Positions 21,754 to 31,192 of a stretch of 64,000 nucleotides of DNA are shown here, in pieces (position 1 is the stretch's first letter; the number at the start of each line of letters is the position of its first letter). The DNA comes from Dehalococcoidia bacterium. Lineage in GTDB: Bacteria > Chloroflexota > Dehalococcoidia > Bin125. Under the pieces are notes generated by a model that did not search any database, was not told where the DNA came from, and saw nothing but the letters and a program-made list of their open reading frames with translations. Location: positions 256,001 to 320,000 of the forward strand of contig CAXXSR010000001.1 in the NCBI GenBank assembly GCA_963662615.2, in the 5' to 3' direction. The position numbers and the translations under genes were made by a program.

Positions 21754-22983
21754 CTAGGGGTCCGTCTTGGCGACGTCCAGCACAAGCCGCAGGATGGCGC
21801 GCAGTGAGCGCTCCCGTTCGGCGGGCGCAAAGAACTCGCGCACGCTGTGGTGGTCGCCGGAGCGGCCGCCCCAACTGACGCAGATGGCGGGGACCCCCGC
21901 CGCCATGGCGGCGTTGGCGTCGCTGGAAGAGGACGTCAATCGCGGCCGGAACCCCTCCGCCCGCAGCGCCCGCTGCGCCGCCAGCACCAGCGGCGCGTCC
22001 TTCGGCGTTTCGCCGCTCGGTCGCTCGCCGATCGGCACGATCGTGACGCCGGCTTCCGGGCTGGGGCGGCGCGCAAGCTCCTCGGCGTGGCCCTCCGCCA
22101 CGGCGCGACGAAAGGCGCCTTCGAGGACGTTCAGATCCGCGTCTCGATCGCTGCGCAGATCGACCTCCATGCGGGCCCGTTGCGGAATCGCGGTGATCGA
22201 CGGGCCGGCCTCCATCACCCCGATGTTGTAGGTGCGACGCCGCCGCCGCGGCACGGTGATGGCGCCAATGCGCTGCCCCGCCGCCGCCATCGCCAGCGCC
22301 GGATTGTAGCGGCCGAAATGCCCCCACGAATGCCCGCCTGGTCCCCGGAACTCCACCTCGAACCGCCGGCTGCCCACGCCGCGGTGCGCGATCACGTGCG
22401 GGTCGGGGTGGTCAAGGGTGATGAACGCCTGCAACTGCCGCCCTGGCGGTCGCGAGAAGAAGTAGCGGGCGCCCTTCAGATCGCCGCGCCCTTCCTCTCC
22501 CACCGTGGCCACGAAGAGAAGATCGCGGCGCGTGCGGACGTCGGCGACCGACAACGCCTGCGCGACGGCGATCAGCGCCGCCAGCCCCGCCGCATCGTCC
22601 GCGATGCCCGGGGCGTGCAGCTCCCCTTCCGGCACCGGCTCCCCCTCGCGATACGGGCTGACCTGTCCCGAACGGAACACGGTCACGTCCTGATCGCGGA
22701 GAAACACGCTGTCCAAGTGGGCCGACAGCGCCACGCCGGGCCCGCCGTGGGTGCCCGGCCGCTCCGCGATCACGTTTCCCGCTCCATCACGCCGAGTCTT
22801 GCATCCGCTCGTCCGTAGCCAGCGTTCCACGGCCTGGGCGCGCTCTTGCTCGCCCCCGCTGGGCGCCCCAATCTCACACAGTTCGATCTGCAACTCGGTG
22901 ATCGACGCGGCGCTGTCGCGAAAGAACGCCAGCGCGGCGCTCGCCGCCTCTCCCGTCGCCGCGCCCGGATCGGACCCGCTCAT
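21754..22983 (-). CDS. M20/M25/M40 family metallopeptidase
   Basis: SAHLDSVF, APGIADDAAG, TVGEEGRGDL, GPGGHSWG, SSDAN. Confidence 0.9.
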   Translation of the reverse strand: MSGSDPGAATGEAASAALAFFRDSAASITELQIELCEIGAPSGGEQERAQAVERWLRTSGCKTRRDGAGNVIAERPGTHGGPGVALSAHLDSVFLRDQDVTVFRSGQVSPYREGEPVPEGELHAPGIADDAAGLAALIAVAQALSVADVRTRRDLLFVATVGEEGRGDLKGARYFFSRPPGRQLQAFITLDHPDPHVIAHRGVGSRRFEVEFRGPGGHSWGHFGRYNPALAMAAAGQRIGAITVPRRRRRTYNIGVMEAGPSITAIPQRARMEVDLRSDRDADLNVLEGAFRRAVAEGHAEELARRPSPEAGVTIVPIGERPSGETPKDAPLVLAAQRALRAEGFRPRLTSSSSDANAAMAAGVPAICVSWGGRSGDHHSVREFFAPAERERSLRAILRLVLDVAKTDP

Positions 22984-23459
22984 TGCAGCGTTGCTCCGCC
23001 CAGGTCCACGCCCAATGCCTGGAAGACGGCCTGGTAGTGCTGTCCGTTCGCGGGGTTGTAGTGGGGAATCGACGCCACCACCGTTCCCTCGCCGTCCGCG
23101 ACGAAGACGGCGCGAACGCTGCGCCGGCCGCTCTCATCCACCACGCCGAACGCCCGCGCCGCTTCCAGCTTCGCATCCGCGAGCAGCGGGAACGGCAACG
23201 GGTGCGCTTCCGCGAACGCCCGGTGCGACTCCGCAGAGTCCGCGCTGATCGCGACCAGCACGGCTCCCAGCTCCTCGATGAGATCGAAGTCGTCGCGGAA
23301 GGCGCTCAGCTGCGCGGTGCAGGTCGGCGTCGCGTCTTCCTGGTAGAACGCCACCACCAGCGGTTTGCCTCGGCCCGTCTCCCGCAGCGACACGGGCCCG
23401 TCCGGTCCCTCCAACGTGATGTCGGGCAGGGGCGCGCCGGCGCCGAGTACGGCGATCAT
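22980..23459 (-). CDS. Peroxiredoxin (BCP/AhpC-TSA family)
   Basis: FYQEDATPTCTAQ, ISADS..SHRAFA, LPFPLLAD, RAVFV. Confidence 0.85.
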   Translation of the reverse strand: MIAVLGAGAPLPDITLEGPDGPVSLRETGRGKPLVVAFYQEDATPTCTAQLSAFRDDFDLIEELGAVLVAISADSAESHRAFAEAHPLPFPLLADAKLEAARAFGVVDESGRRSVRAVFVADGEGTVVASIPHYNPANGQHYQAVFQALGVDLGGATLQ

Positions 23460-24712
23460 CCGTCCGCCCGTCCCTCGCTGCCCCGCCCCCGCTCGGGGCT
23501 GCCCAGGCCCGGCAGCTCCGCCGTCAGCCCGCGCGCGAACGCCATCACCTGAATCCGGCCGAGGCCGGCGGGATCGGTCAGCGCTTCGATCGCGCGCCGG
23601 CGCGCTAAGTACGCCTCCATCTCGCTGCCCCGCTGCCCCCCCGCGACGGCCGCCGCCACCGGCGCTTCCTCCGTCGCGCCCAGCGCCGCGAGGAACTCCG
23701 CCTGCGACCGCAACGGATACGCCGCCATCCCCGCCGCCCGGGCCGCTTCCCGCACCGCGTCGACGTCGACGTGGCAGCTGAGGTCTTGCTGCCCCATGCG
23801 CGCATAGGGATCGTCGTCGGCGCTGTGGCGATGGAAGGTGAGCAGCGTGCCCTGCCGGCGCCAGTCCGCGTAGAGCCGATCGCGTGGCCAGCCGTAATCG
23901 AAAAGGAGGAGCAGGCCGCGCCGCAGCGATCGCGCCAGCGTCGTCACCAGCTCTCCCAGCGACGGACACACTTCCACGATCTGCCCAGGGCGGCCGGAGC
24001 CCGGCGGTTGGGATTCCACACGGTCCAGAAGCGCCGCATTGCTGAGCGGGCCGGGCGCATCAATGAAGCGACCCTCGGCGCTGACGTCAACGTACAGCTC
24101 CTCCCAGCCGTCAGCGGTCCGCCGCAGCCGGTGGACCGGCTGCGCATCAAGCAGCTCGTTGGCCAGCGCCAGCCCCACGATGCTGGGGGCATCGGAGAGG
24201 CGCTCACGCCACCCCAGTACGTCGCGGAACGGTGTCAGCCGCTGCTCCTGCCGCGCCCGCGCTGCCGCGGACGGCTCCACCAGCTCCACGCGCAGCGCGG
24301 CGCGGAACGCGGGAGCGACCGGCGCCGCGTCGCTGCGGACCCAGCTCAGGAGGCTCTCCATGAGCGCCCCCGATCCCGGACCGGCCTCGCGCAGGATGAA
24401 CGGATCGGGCCGGTCCATCGCCTCCCACACCGCGGCGGCAAGCGCAGCTATGGCGTAGCCGAAGAGGGGATGCACTTCGGGACTGGTCAGGAAGTCACCC
24501 TCGCGCCCCACGGTCGCCCGGCCGCTGCGGTAGTACCCCAGAGCGGGATCGTAGAGCGCCGCCTCCATGAAGGTCGCGAACGTGACCGGCCCGCCCGCCC
24601 GGATCCGCGCGGCCATCTGCTGTGCGAGGGGGGTGGCGGCGGCGGGCGGTAAGGCGAAGGAGCCGGTCAAGCGCCGCTCGGGCAGAGGCGCCCCCGACGG
24701 AGCGACGGTCAT
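23456..24712 (-). CDS. SAM-dependent methyltransferase, MidA/NDUFAF7 family
   Basis: FMEAALYDPALGYY, GDFLTSPE, EAGPGSG, ANELLDA, DYG, QDLSCHVD. Confidence 0.9.
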   Translation of the reverse strand: MTVAPSGAPLPERRLTGSFALPPAAATPLAQQMAARIRAGGPVTFATFMEAALYDPALGYYRSGRATVGREGDFLTSPEVHPLFGYAIAALAAAVWEAMDRPDPFILREAGPGSGALMESLLSWVRSDAAPVAPAFRAALRVELVEPSAAARARQEQRLTPFRDVLGWRERLSDAPSIVGLALANELLDAQPVHRLRRTADGWEELYVDVSAEGRFIDAPGPLSNAALLDRVESQPPGSGRPGQIVEVCPSLGELVTTLARSLRRGLLLLFDYGWPRDRLYADWRRQGTLLTFHRHSADDDPYARMGQQDLSCHVDVDAVREAARAAGMAAYPLRSQAEFLAALGATEEAPVAAAVAGGQRGSEMEAYLARRRAIEALTDPAGLGRIQVMAFARGLTAELPGLGSPERGRGSEGRADG

Positions 24713-24750
24713 GCGCCGATTATACGTGCGCCCGGCCCGGCCTCACCGCG

Positions 24751-24788
24751 TCGCTCCAGCGCATCGCTCCAGCGCATCGCGCCAGCGC
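24751..24788. repeat. 13-bp tandem repeat x3 (TCGCTCCAGCGCA)
   Basis: tcgctccagcgca tcgctccagcgca tcgcgccagcgc. Confidence 0.85.
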
Positions 24789-24972
24789 CGGATCAGATAG
24801 AGGCGGTCCGTCGTCAGCCCACCCGCACCGGCTCGCAGCAGCTCCATCCCCGTGGCGAAGTCGTTCACCGGGTAGCAGATCGCGCGCAGGCCGGCGGGAG
24901 TTGCGCCCCGCCCCGTGCATAATGAGCCAGGGGAGCCCGTCGGCTCGCGGCACCGCCGCGCCTTCCTTACCC

Positions 24973-25038
24973 AATCAAGAGGGCTTTCCCAAACAAAAAG
25001 GCCGTCCCAGCACGGGACGGCCCTCTTGATTCTTTCTT
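24973..25038. terminator. Nested hairpin / probable bidirectional terminator downstream of yjbQ
   Basis: Inner stem GGCCGTCCC-agcac-GGGACGGCC (25000-25022) with TTTTTGTTT on the minus strand; outer 12-bp inverted repeat AATCAAGAGGGC...GCCCTCTTGATT followed by CTTTCTT. Confidence 0.75.
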
Positions 25039-25069
25039 GGCCGGCCTTGCGCCGCGGCGGCTTAGCGCG

Positions 25070-25594
25070 TCATGACCCCGGGCTGCCCAGCAGAGTCACG
25101 GTTACCCGCCGCTGTCGCGCTCCGTCTAGCTCAACCAGGAAGATGCTCTGCCACGGTCCTAGCTGGAGCGCGCCCGCCTGAATCGGGATCGTCTCGCTGG
25201 TGCTCAGCAGAATCTGCTGGCAGTGGCTGTGCCCGTTCTTGGGCTCGTTCGGGCCCATGTTGACCGTGCGAATGTCGAAGTCGTTGTGGCGGTAGTAGCG
25301 CTCTTGCGGCGCGATCTTTCGGAGCAGCTCTTTGAAGTCCTCAATCAGGAGCGGCTCATTCTCCTGGATACGGATGGCCGCCGTCGTGTGATTGGAGAAG
25401 ACCGTGATCTGCCCCCAGGCGAGGCCGGATTCGTCCGTCAGCCGGCGGAGATCTTCCGTGATGTCCAGAAACCAGGGGCCGCACTCGGTTTCGTAGTGCA
25501 GGTCGTGCTGGGCGAAGATGAACGGTTGCTGGTTGGGCGTGTGCCGGATGAACGGAGGCACCGCCACCGTGCCCGGCGCTCGGGATGCTGCCAT
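25070..25594 (-). CDS. yjbQ: YjbQ (UPF0047, secondary thiamine-phosphate synthase) family protein
   Basis: DITE, HTTAAI..QENEP, YRHND, NGHSH, LGPWQSIFLVELDG.RQR. Confidence 0.9.
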   Translation of the reverse strand: MAASRAPGTVAVPPFIRHTPNQQPFIFAQHDLHYETECGPWFLDITEDLRRLTDESGLAWGQITVFSNHTTAAIRIQENEPLLIEDFKELLRKIAPQERYYRHNDFDIRTVNMGPNEPKNGHSHCQQILLSTSETIPIQAGALQLGPWQSIFLVELDGARQRRVTVTLLGSPGS

Positions 25595-25753
25595 GGCGCC
25601 TCTACCAATAATTGCAAATAACCCGAATAATGCCGCTCTCGGGCCCGAATAATGGAGCGCCCGAAAATCGCTCCAACCATACCACACGCGCCATGCAGCG
25701 GCTACGGACCGCCCCGGCCCGTCGGGACCCTCTCCGAGAGCTCTAGGCCGCCC

Positions 25754-26611
25754 CTACGATTCTCCCCCGGCGCCCGAAGGTCCAGCTCCAGCCAGCCGGA
25801 CTCGCTCGATAAGCGCGTCGACGCGCGCGCCGTCGCGCGCACCGGCCGTGTGCTCCCGATACGCCTCCAGATCGGCCAAGGCGCTGTCGTAGTGGCGGAG
25901 TTGGGAATGCAGGAAGCCGCGGTCGCGCATCTCCTCCAGCGCCCAGGGCGACATCGCCAGCAGGTGCTCCGTCGCCGCCAGCGCCCCCGGATAGTCCCGC
26001 TGGCGGAGGTACGCTCCCTTCAAGTTGGCCAAGATCCGGGCCAGCATCTGCCGCTTCGTCACCCCCACCAAAAGCGGCTCAAGGGACCGTCCGGACGCAT
26101 CAGCCCAGGGGCGCAAGCGGGCCCGGAGCGCTTCCCCTGAGACCTCCACTCCTCCGTGATAGGGGTCGAGAAAGCGGTCGCGGTCCCCGTCACGGAACTT
26201 CACCAGGAAGTGGCCCGGTGCGCCCACTCCCTGCACCGTCAGCCCCGCCCGCCGGGCGACCTCCAGATACAGAAGCGAGAGCGTGATGGGGATCCCCCGC
26301 CGTCGTTGCAAGACCTGGTGCAGGTACGAGTTGGCGGGGTTGTAATAATCCTCTTCATCGCCGCTCCAGCCCTCCTCTCGGAAGAGGCCCGCGACCGCCT
26401 CCACCAGGGCGCCGGCGCCGCCGGCCGGCGACGGCAGGCGCGCCGCCATCGCTGCGCCCATCTGGTCCAGCTCCGCCAGGAAGGGCTGCGGGTCGAGGTC
26501 CGGCTCAATGATGCGCCCAACGATCAGCGCACATCGGGCCAAATCCACCGCGTCGTCCGGCCCCTGGGTCAGAGCGCCGAAGGCGCGCGCCGTCTCTTCT
26601 GTTGCGTCCAC
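25754..26611 (-). CDS. SirB1-like transglutaminase-domain protein with TPR
   Basis: DYYNPANSYLHQVLQRRRGIPITLSLLY, PGHFLV, DPYHGG, EMRDRG. Confidence 0.9.
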   Translation of the reverse strand: MDATEETARAFGALTQGPDDAVDLARCALIVGRIIEPDLDPQPFLAELDQMGAAMAARLPSPAGGAGALVEAVAGLFREEGWSGDEEDYYNPANSYLHQVLQRRRGIPITLSLLYLEVARRAGLTVQGVGAPGHFLVKFRDGDRDRFLDPYHGGVEVSGEALRARLRPWADASGRSLEPLLVGVTKRQMLARILANLKGAYLRQRDYPGALAATEHLLAMSPWALEEMRDRGFLHSQLRHYDSALADLEAYREHTAGARDGARVDALIERVRLAGAGPSGAGGES

Positions 26612-26776
26612 GGTCGTTGTCAGCCCTCTCTGCCCTGTATTCTGGAAGGTAGGGCGGTGGCTGGTGAAGAGAGACGACGCGTCACCCGGCTCTCCAGACC
26701 TTGAATGCGGTCGTTAATGATCACTAGGTCGCCGCGACGGCATTAAGATCGTTCGCGTCAGCGGAGGGAACGGCGG

Positions 26777-28327
26777 ATGAGCCCCCAGGACTCGGCTTCC
26801 AGGGCGGCATCCACGCCCCGCCCCATGCGCGCACGCTCCGCCGCCCGAACCGCGCCGGGGCAACCCATCGACCGCAAAGCGCGCCTCCGCATCCCGCCGC
26901 ACCACGTCACCAAGCAGACCCCCTTCGAGCGTGTTCACAACTGGGATGAGGTCTATCACGGCTACACCCCGGCTCCGGCGATGTTTGAGGCGTTGCGCTG
27001 CATTCAATGTCCGGCCGAGCCCTGCGTGAAGGCCTGCCCCGTTGGCAACGATATCCCCGGCGCCATGGCCCTGCTGGAAGTCGGCAAGATCGGCGAGGCC
27101 GCTGCGCTTTTCCGCCGGACCAGTGAGATGCCGGAACTCTGTGGACGGCTCTGCCCCCAGGAGGCGCTCTGTGAAGGCGACTGCGTGGTGGGCAAGAACA
27201 ACAAGCCCGTCGCCATTGGCAAGCTGGAGGCGTTCGTAGCGGATTGGGACCGTGGCCAGCGCGGCGGCTTTCCCGTGCACAAGCCCCTCCACGAGAGCGG
27301 CGCGCGTGTCGCGGTCGTCGGCAGCGGCCCCGCCGGACTGGCCGTCGCCGAAGCGATGCGGGCACAGGGCCACGCCGTCACCGTCTTCGAAAGCTGGCCC
27401 AAGGCGGGGGGCGTCCTGCTCTACGGCATTCCCAACTTCAAGTCCACCAAGGCGATCGTCGATGAGAAGGTGGCCGCGCTGGAAGCCGCCGGCGTGGAGT
27501 TCCGCTGCGGCGTCCACGTGGGCCGGGACGTTCGCTGGGACGACTTGGCCGCCCACGACGCCGTCTTCCTGGGACACGGTGCCGGTCTGGGCAAGCGCCT
27601 GCGCATGCAAGGCGAGGAACTCCGCCACGTCTATCCCGCGACCGACTTCCTCGTTCGCGCCAATCTCCCGGACGAGGCGCTGCCTCCTGACCAGCGGGGC
27701 CGTCCCTTCGTGGGCGAGAACGTGGTCGTGGTCGGCGGCGGCGATACGTCCATGGACTGTGTCCGCTCCGCCATCCGATTGGGCGCCAAGAAGGTCACGC
27801 TGCTCTACCGCCGCACGGACAACGAGATGGTGGGGCGGGAAGAGGAGCGACGCCACGCCAAGGAAGAGGGCGTCATCTTTGAGTACCTCACGACCCCGGT
27901 CCAGTTACTGCAGCGGGAGGGCCAGGTCGTGGGAGTGGAATGCGTCCGCATGGAGCTGGGCGAGCCCGATGAGAGCGGCCGCCGCCGCCCCAGCCCCATC
28001 AGCGGCTCCGAGTTCGTCATCGACGCCGACGCCGTCGTCGTCGCCGTGGGCTACGACGTCGATAGGGAACTCCTCACCCCGGAGACGGGCGTCGAGGTCG
28101 ATGACTGGGGCCGCGTCGTCGTCGACGACCAGGGCCGCACCTCGCGGCCCGGCGTCTTTGCTGCCGGTGACAACGTCCGCGGCGCGGACTTGGTCGTCAC
28201 CGCCCTGGCCTCAGCGCACCAGGCCATTCCCGGCATGGAGACGCATCTGGCCGGCCTCCTCGCCGCCCGCAAGGGGGCAGGTAGTGGCGGCGGTATCGCC
28301 TGCGAGCAGGATCGCGCCGCCAGCTGA
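26777..28327 (+). CDS. Glutamate synthase small-subunit-like NAD(P)H oxidoreductase (GltD/SudA/NfnB family)
   Basis: RCIQC..PCVKACP, CGRLCPQEALCEGDC, VGSGPAG, YGIPNF, GGGDTSMDC, GVFAAGD. Confidence 0.92.
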   Translation: MSPQDSASRAASTPRPMRARSAARTAPGQPIDRKARLRIPPHHVTKQTPFERVHNWDEVYHGYTPAPAMFEALRCIQCPAEPCVKACPVGNDIPGAMALLEVGKIGEAAALFRRTSEMPELCGRLCPQEALCEGDCVVGKNNKPVAIGKLEAFVADWDRGQRGGFPVHKPLHESGARVAVVGSGPAGLAVAEAMRAQGHAVTVFESWPKAGGVLLYGIPNFKSTKAIVDEKVAALEAAGVEFRCGVHVGRDVRWDDLAAHDAVFLGHGAGLGKRLRMQGEELRHVYPATDFLVRANLPDEALPPDQRGRPFVGENVVVVGGGDTSMDCVRSAIRLGAKKVTLLYRRTDNEMVGREEERRHAKEEGVIFEYLTTPVQLLQREGQVVGVECVRMELGEPDESGRRRPSPISGSEFVIDADAVVVAVGYDVDRELLTPETGVEVDDWGRVVVDDQGRTSRPGVFAAGDNVRGADLVVTALASAHQAIPGMETHLAGLLAARKGAGSGGGIACEQDRAAS

Positions 28328-28338
28328 GGTCCCCGGCG

Positions 28339-28746
28339 CTAGTCCAGATCCAACTCCGCCACCAACTCCTCCGCGGCGTCTCGGCAGAGCACCACCTCGG
28401 CCTCCTCGCGGTCGTTCGGATTGACGAGCTGATGCGGCGCGTTCGCCGGGACGAAGAGAAAATCCCCCGTCGCGGCCAGATGCTCGTGTTCCAGCCTGGC
28501 CCCGTGCCGCATCAGGACCGGCCCGCGTAGCACATAGATGGCCGTCTCGCAGTTGATGTGGGAGTGCGGCGTGCTGCGCAGCCCCGCGGGGATCTTCTGC
28601 CGCGTCATGAACACCTGTGACGATCCGCTCAACTCGCCCGACACGCCCATCTGAATGCGCATCCCCGAGCGGTGGTCGGACCAGGGCGCCTTGTCCCCCA
28701 TCGTCCGTTGCACCTGGAATTCCGCCTTGGCATCAGCGCTGCTCAT
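28339..28746 (-). CDS. Cupin-domain protein
   Basis: HSHINCETAIYVLRG...GDFLFVPANAPHQLVN. Confidence 0.88.
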   Translation of the reverse strand: MSSADAKAEFQVQRTMGDKAPWSDHRSGMRIQMGVSGELSGSSQVFMTRQKIPAGLRSTPHSHINCETAIYVLRGPVLMRHGARLEHEHLAATGDFLFVPANAPHQLVNPNDREEAEVVLCRDAAEELVAELDLD

Positions 28747-28858
28747 CTCGTCCCCTTCTGTTCGCCCTTGAACCGTCCTGCGCGCGCGACGGGCACGGCC
28801 GCGGCCGCTTCGCCCCGCTCCGCAGCGACGAGGCCAGGATACGCGAGGTCAGCGCCGC

Positions 28859-29647
28859 TCACGGCAGCCGCGTGATGAGAATGCTGGTCAGTTGGTTGAC
28901 GAGCTGGAAGAGTTGGCCGGACAGACCAAGATCGTCCGTCTCCAGATGGATCGCCGCGCCGGTCGGGGGCGTGATCGCGATGGCGTAACGGAAGCAACTG
29001 ACGCAGCCGCTGCGGGTGTTGGCGGGCCAGGCGGCGAAGAAGTCGTTACCGCGCAAGATTTCATCGACGCTCGCCAGCGGCGTCGCCTCCACGGTCGTGG
29101 CCGCGGAGACCCCGTCCGCCTGGACGGTACCCTGCCCCGTCTCGTCGAACGCGATCGTCTCCTCCAGTGCAAAGAGCACGGTTGTTCTGGTAAAGGTGAT
29201 CTGCCAGAGAGCGGCAGCCGGTGCGGGCTTCGGCTCGGGTTCGGGTTGGGGGGGTGGCGGGGGCGGCGGCGTCAGCGGCTGCGACCAGGCCCGCTCGCGC
29301 AGCGAGAGCAGGAAGTAGACGCCCCCCGGCTCCAGCGCCGTGACCGAGCGTAACGTCGGCGGAAGCTCCAGGCTCCACAGATTCCACGCCTGCGTGGGCG
29401 CGTGAAACTGCCAGACGACGGGCACGTCTTCGTGGGCGTCGCCCAAGGCGGCGGGCAGGGGCAGCGCGATTCCCTGGTAGGCCACGTTGTTCCAGCCCGC
29501 GTAGAGCTGGACGACGGGCCCGTCTTCCTGCGCCTGCGCGGCGTCTGCGCGCGTGAGCGCCCAGCCAACGAAGATCGCCAGCGCCGCCGCCGTCGCCAGG
29601 GCCAGGAGGAGGAGAGGGGTGCGCGGTCGCGATCGAGTTGGGGGCAT
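28859..29647 (-). CDS. Secreted hypothetical protein: GWN module, Pro-rich linker, emfourin-like C-terminal domain
   Basis: Hydrophobic signal ending ADAAQA; LYAGWNNVAYQG; PPPPPPQPEPEPKP; C-terminal ITFTRT...DFF...CVSCFRYAIAIT; the emfourin resemblance is inferred. Confidence 0.7.
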   Translation of the reverse strand: MPPTRSRPRTPLLLLALATAAALAIFVGWALTRADAAQAQEDGPVVQLYAGWNNVAYQGIALPLPAALGDAHEDVPVVWQFHAPTQAWNLWSLELPPTLRSVTALEPGGVYFLLSLRERAWSQPLTPPPPPPPQPEPEPKPAPAAALWQITFTRTTVLFALEETIAFDETGQGTVQADGVSAATTVEATPLASVDEILRGNDFFAAWPANTRSGCVSCFRYAIAITPPTGAAIHLETDDLGLSGQLFQLVNQLTSILITRLP

Positions 29648-29730
29648 GGCGTGGCCGCTGCCCCGCCGCCAAACCTTCTGCCTTGATCGTAGCGGCAAAT
29701 CGTCCTGCGCGCCGCCGGCGGCGGCGACCG

Positions 29731-30708
29731 TCAGCGCCGATTCGCGATCGTCTCGCGGTGTCCGGCGTGGCAAGGCTCCTGCGGGCGGTCGGGGAATTCG
29801 CAGCAGCTCATGGCCTGGTGGAGGGTGCGAGACTCTGGCTGCAGCGTCACGTGCAGAAGTCCGAAGCGTTCTCGCAGGCGGTGGATCACGGGGACCATCA
29901 CCTCTTGGGCTTTGGTCTCGTCATCGATCTCCAGATGGCAGGACAGCGCGGGGAACCCGGACGTCACCGTCCACAGATGCAGGTCGTGTACCCCCGTGAC
30001 ACCCCGAACCTGTCGCACCTCCTCCGCCACCATGCGCACGTCTATGTCCGCCGGCGCCGCCTCCAACAACACGTCGGCGGTCTCCCGCAGCAGGCGCAGC
30101 GCATTGACCACGATTAGCACCGCGATGCCCAGGCTCACGATCACGTCGATCGCCGTCCAGCCGGTGGCAAGGATCACGACCCCGGCGATGAGGACGCCGG
30201 TGGAGCCCAGCGCGTCGCCAAGCACGTGGAAGTAGGCGCCCCGCACGTTGAGGTTGTCGCGCTGCACTTCCCGCAGCGCCACGGCGCTGGCCACGTTCGC
30301 GACCAGTCCCACGAGCGCGAACGCCAGAAGCTCGGCTCCGGCGATCTCGGGCTCGTCGCCCAGGCGCAGCAGCGCGCGCCAGACGATGATCCCCGCGAGG
30401 GCCAGCATCGCCGTCCCGTTCAGCATGGCGGCGATGATCTCAGCTCGATACCAGCCGAAGGTGCGACGCGCACCGCCGGGCCGTCCCGCCAGCCAGATCG
30501 CGCCCAGGGCCAGCGAGACGGCGGCGACGTCGCCGAAGACGTGCCCGGCGTCGGCGTAGAGCGCCAGACTGTTGGTCACCATCCCGCCGACGATCTCCAC
30601 GACCAAGACCAGGAGGGCGAGCGCCAGTGCCAGGTGCAGGCGTCGCCTCACCCCGCGCCGGGCCGGGCGCAGCGACGGCGCCTCGCTGGAGTGGGTCGCA
30701 GCCGTCAC
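29731..30708 (-). CDS. czcD: Cation diffusion facilitator (CzcD/ZitB-like Zn/Co/Cd efflux)
   Basis: NSLALYADAGHVFGD, TFGWYRAE, LNVRGAYFHVLGD, VHDLHLW, HVTLQPE. Confidence 0.92.
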   Translation of the reverse strand: MTAATHSSEAPSLRPARRGVRRRLHLALALALLVLVVEIVGGMVTNSLALYADAGHVFGDVAAVSLALGAIWLAGRPGGARRTFGWYRAEIIAAMLNGTAMLALAGIIVWRALLRLGDEPEIAGAELLAFALVGLVANVASAVALREVQRDNLNVRGAYFHVLGDALGSTGVLIAGVVILATGWTAIDVIVSLGIAVLIVVNALRLLRETADVLLEAAPADIDVRMVAEEVRQVRGVTGVHDLHLWTVTSGFPALSCHLEIDDETKAQEVMVPVIHRLRERFGLLHVTLQPESRTLHQAMSCCEFPDRPQEPCHAGHRETIANRR

Positions 30709-30711
30709 CGC

Positions 30712-31026
30712 TTACCGTCCCTCCGAGGCGTGGTCCAGGCCCTGCGCGATGAGCGAGCGCGCGTGCGCGTCGGCGAGGCGGTGCCAGACCAGCTTCCCCT
30801 CGCGCCGGCTGGCGACCAAGTGGAGCTGGCGCAGCGTGCGCAGCTGGTGCGAGATCGCGGAATCGCTCAGCCCGAAGGCGGCCGCCAGCTCACTGGTGGT
30901 GTGTTGGCTGCGGCTGAGGGCGTAGAGGATGCGCAGGCGCGTGGGGTCGGAGAGTGCGCCGAACACCTCCGTCATCTGCGCCGCCTGCTCCCAGGGCAGA
31001 AGGGCGGGGCTCGTCGCGACCGTCAC
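30712..31026 (-). CDS. ArsR/SmtB family metalloregulator (alpha5 Zn-site type)
   Basis: FGALSDPTRLRIL, SAISHQLRTLR; D-x-H-x10-H-x2-E in LADAHARSLIAQGLDHASE. Confidence 0.9.
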   Translation of the reverse strand: MTVATSPALLPWEQAAQMTEVFGALSDPTRLRILYALSRSQHTTSELAAAFGLSDSAISHQLRTLRQLHLVASRREGKLVWHRLADAHARSLIAQGLDHASEGR

Positions 31027-31041
31027 CGCGCACCTCGACAG

Positions 31042-31093
31042 TGAAACAATTGCACCATTGCTCAATCATAGTGGCAAGCCCGCAGGGTGGCAA
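31042..31093 (-). promoter_or_regulatory. Sigma70 promoter plus probable ArsR/SmtB operator for the arsR-czcD operon
   Basis: TTGCCA (31093-31088), 17-nt spacer, TATGAT (31070-31065); imperfect inverted repeat TGAAACAAT-tgcacc-ATTGCTCA at 31042-31064. Confidence 0.75.
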
Positions 31094-31103
31094 GCGCGGC
31101 ATC

Positions 31104-31168
31104 GCCGTCGGGACAGGCCGTCGGGACAGGTCGCCGGGAGAGGCCGCTGGGAGAGGCCGCTGGGACGC
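31104..31168. repeat. 13-bp tandem repeat x5 with graded divergence (GCCGTCGGGACAG to GCCGCTGGGAGAG)
   Basis: gccgtcgggacag gccgtcgggacag gtcgccgggagag gccgctgggagag gccgctgggacgc. Confidence 0.88.
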
Positions 31169-31192
31169 TCGCGGGGCGCCCGGCTGTGGCGC

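Noticed and set aside
31104-31168. Tandem arrays as possible CRISPR repeats
   Set aside because: Units are 12-18 bp, abut without unique spacers, and no cas genes are present
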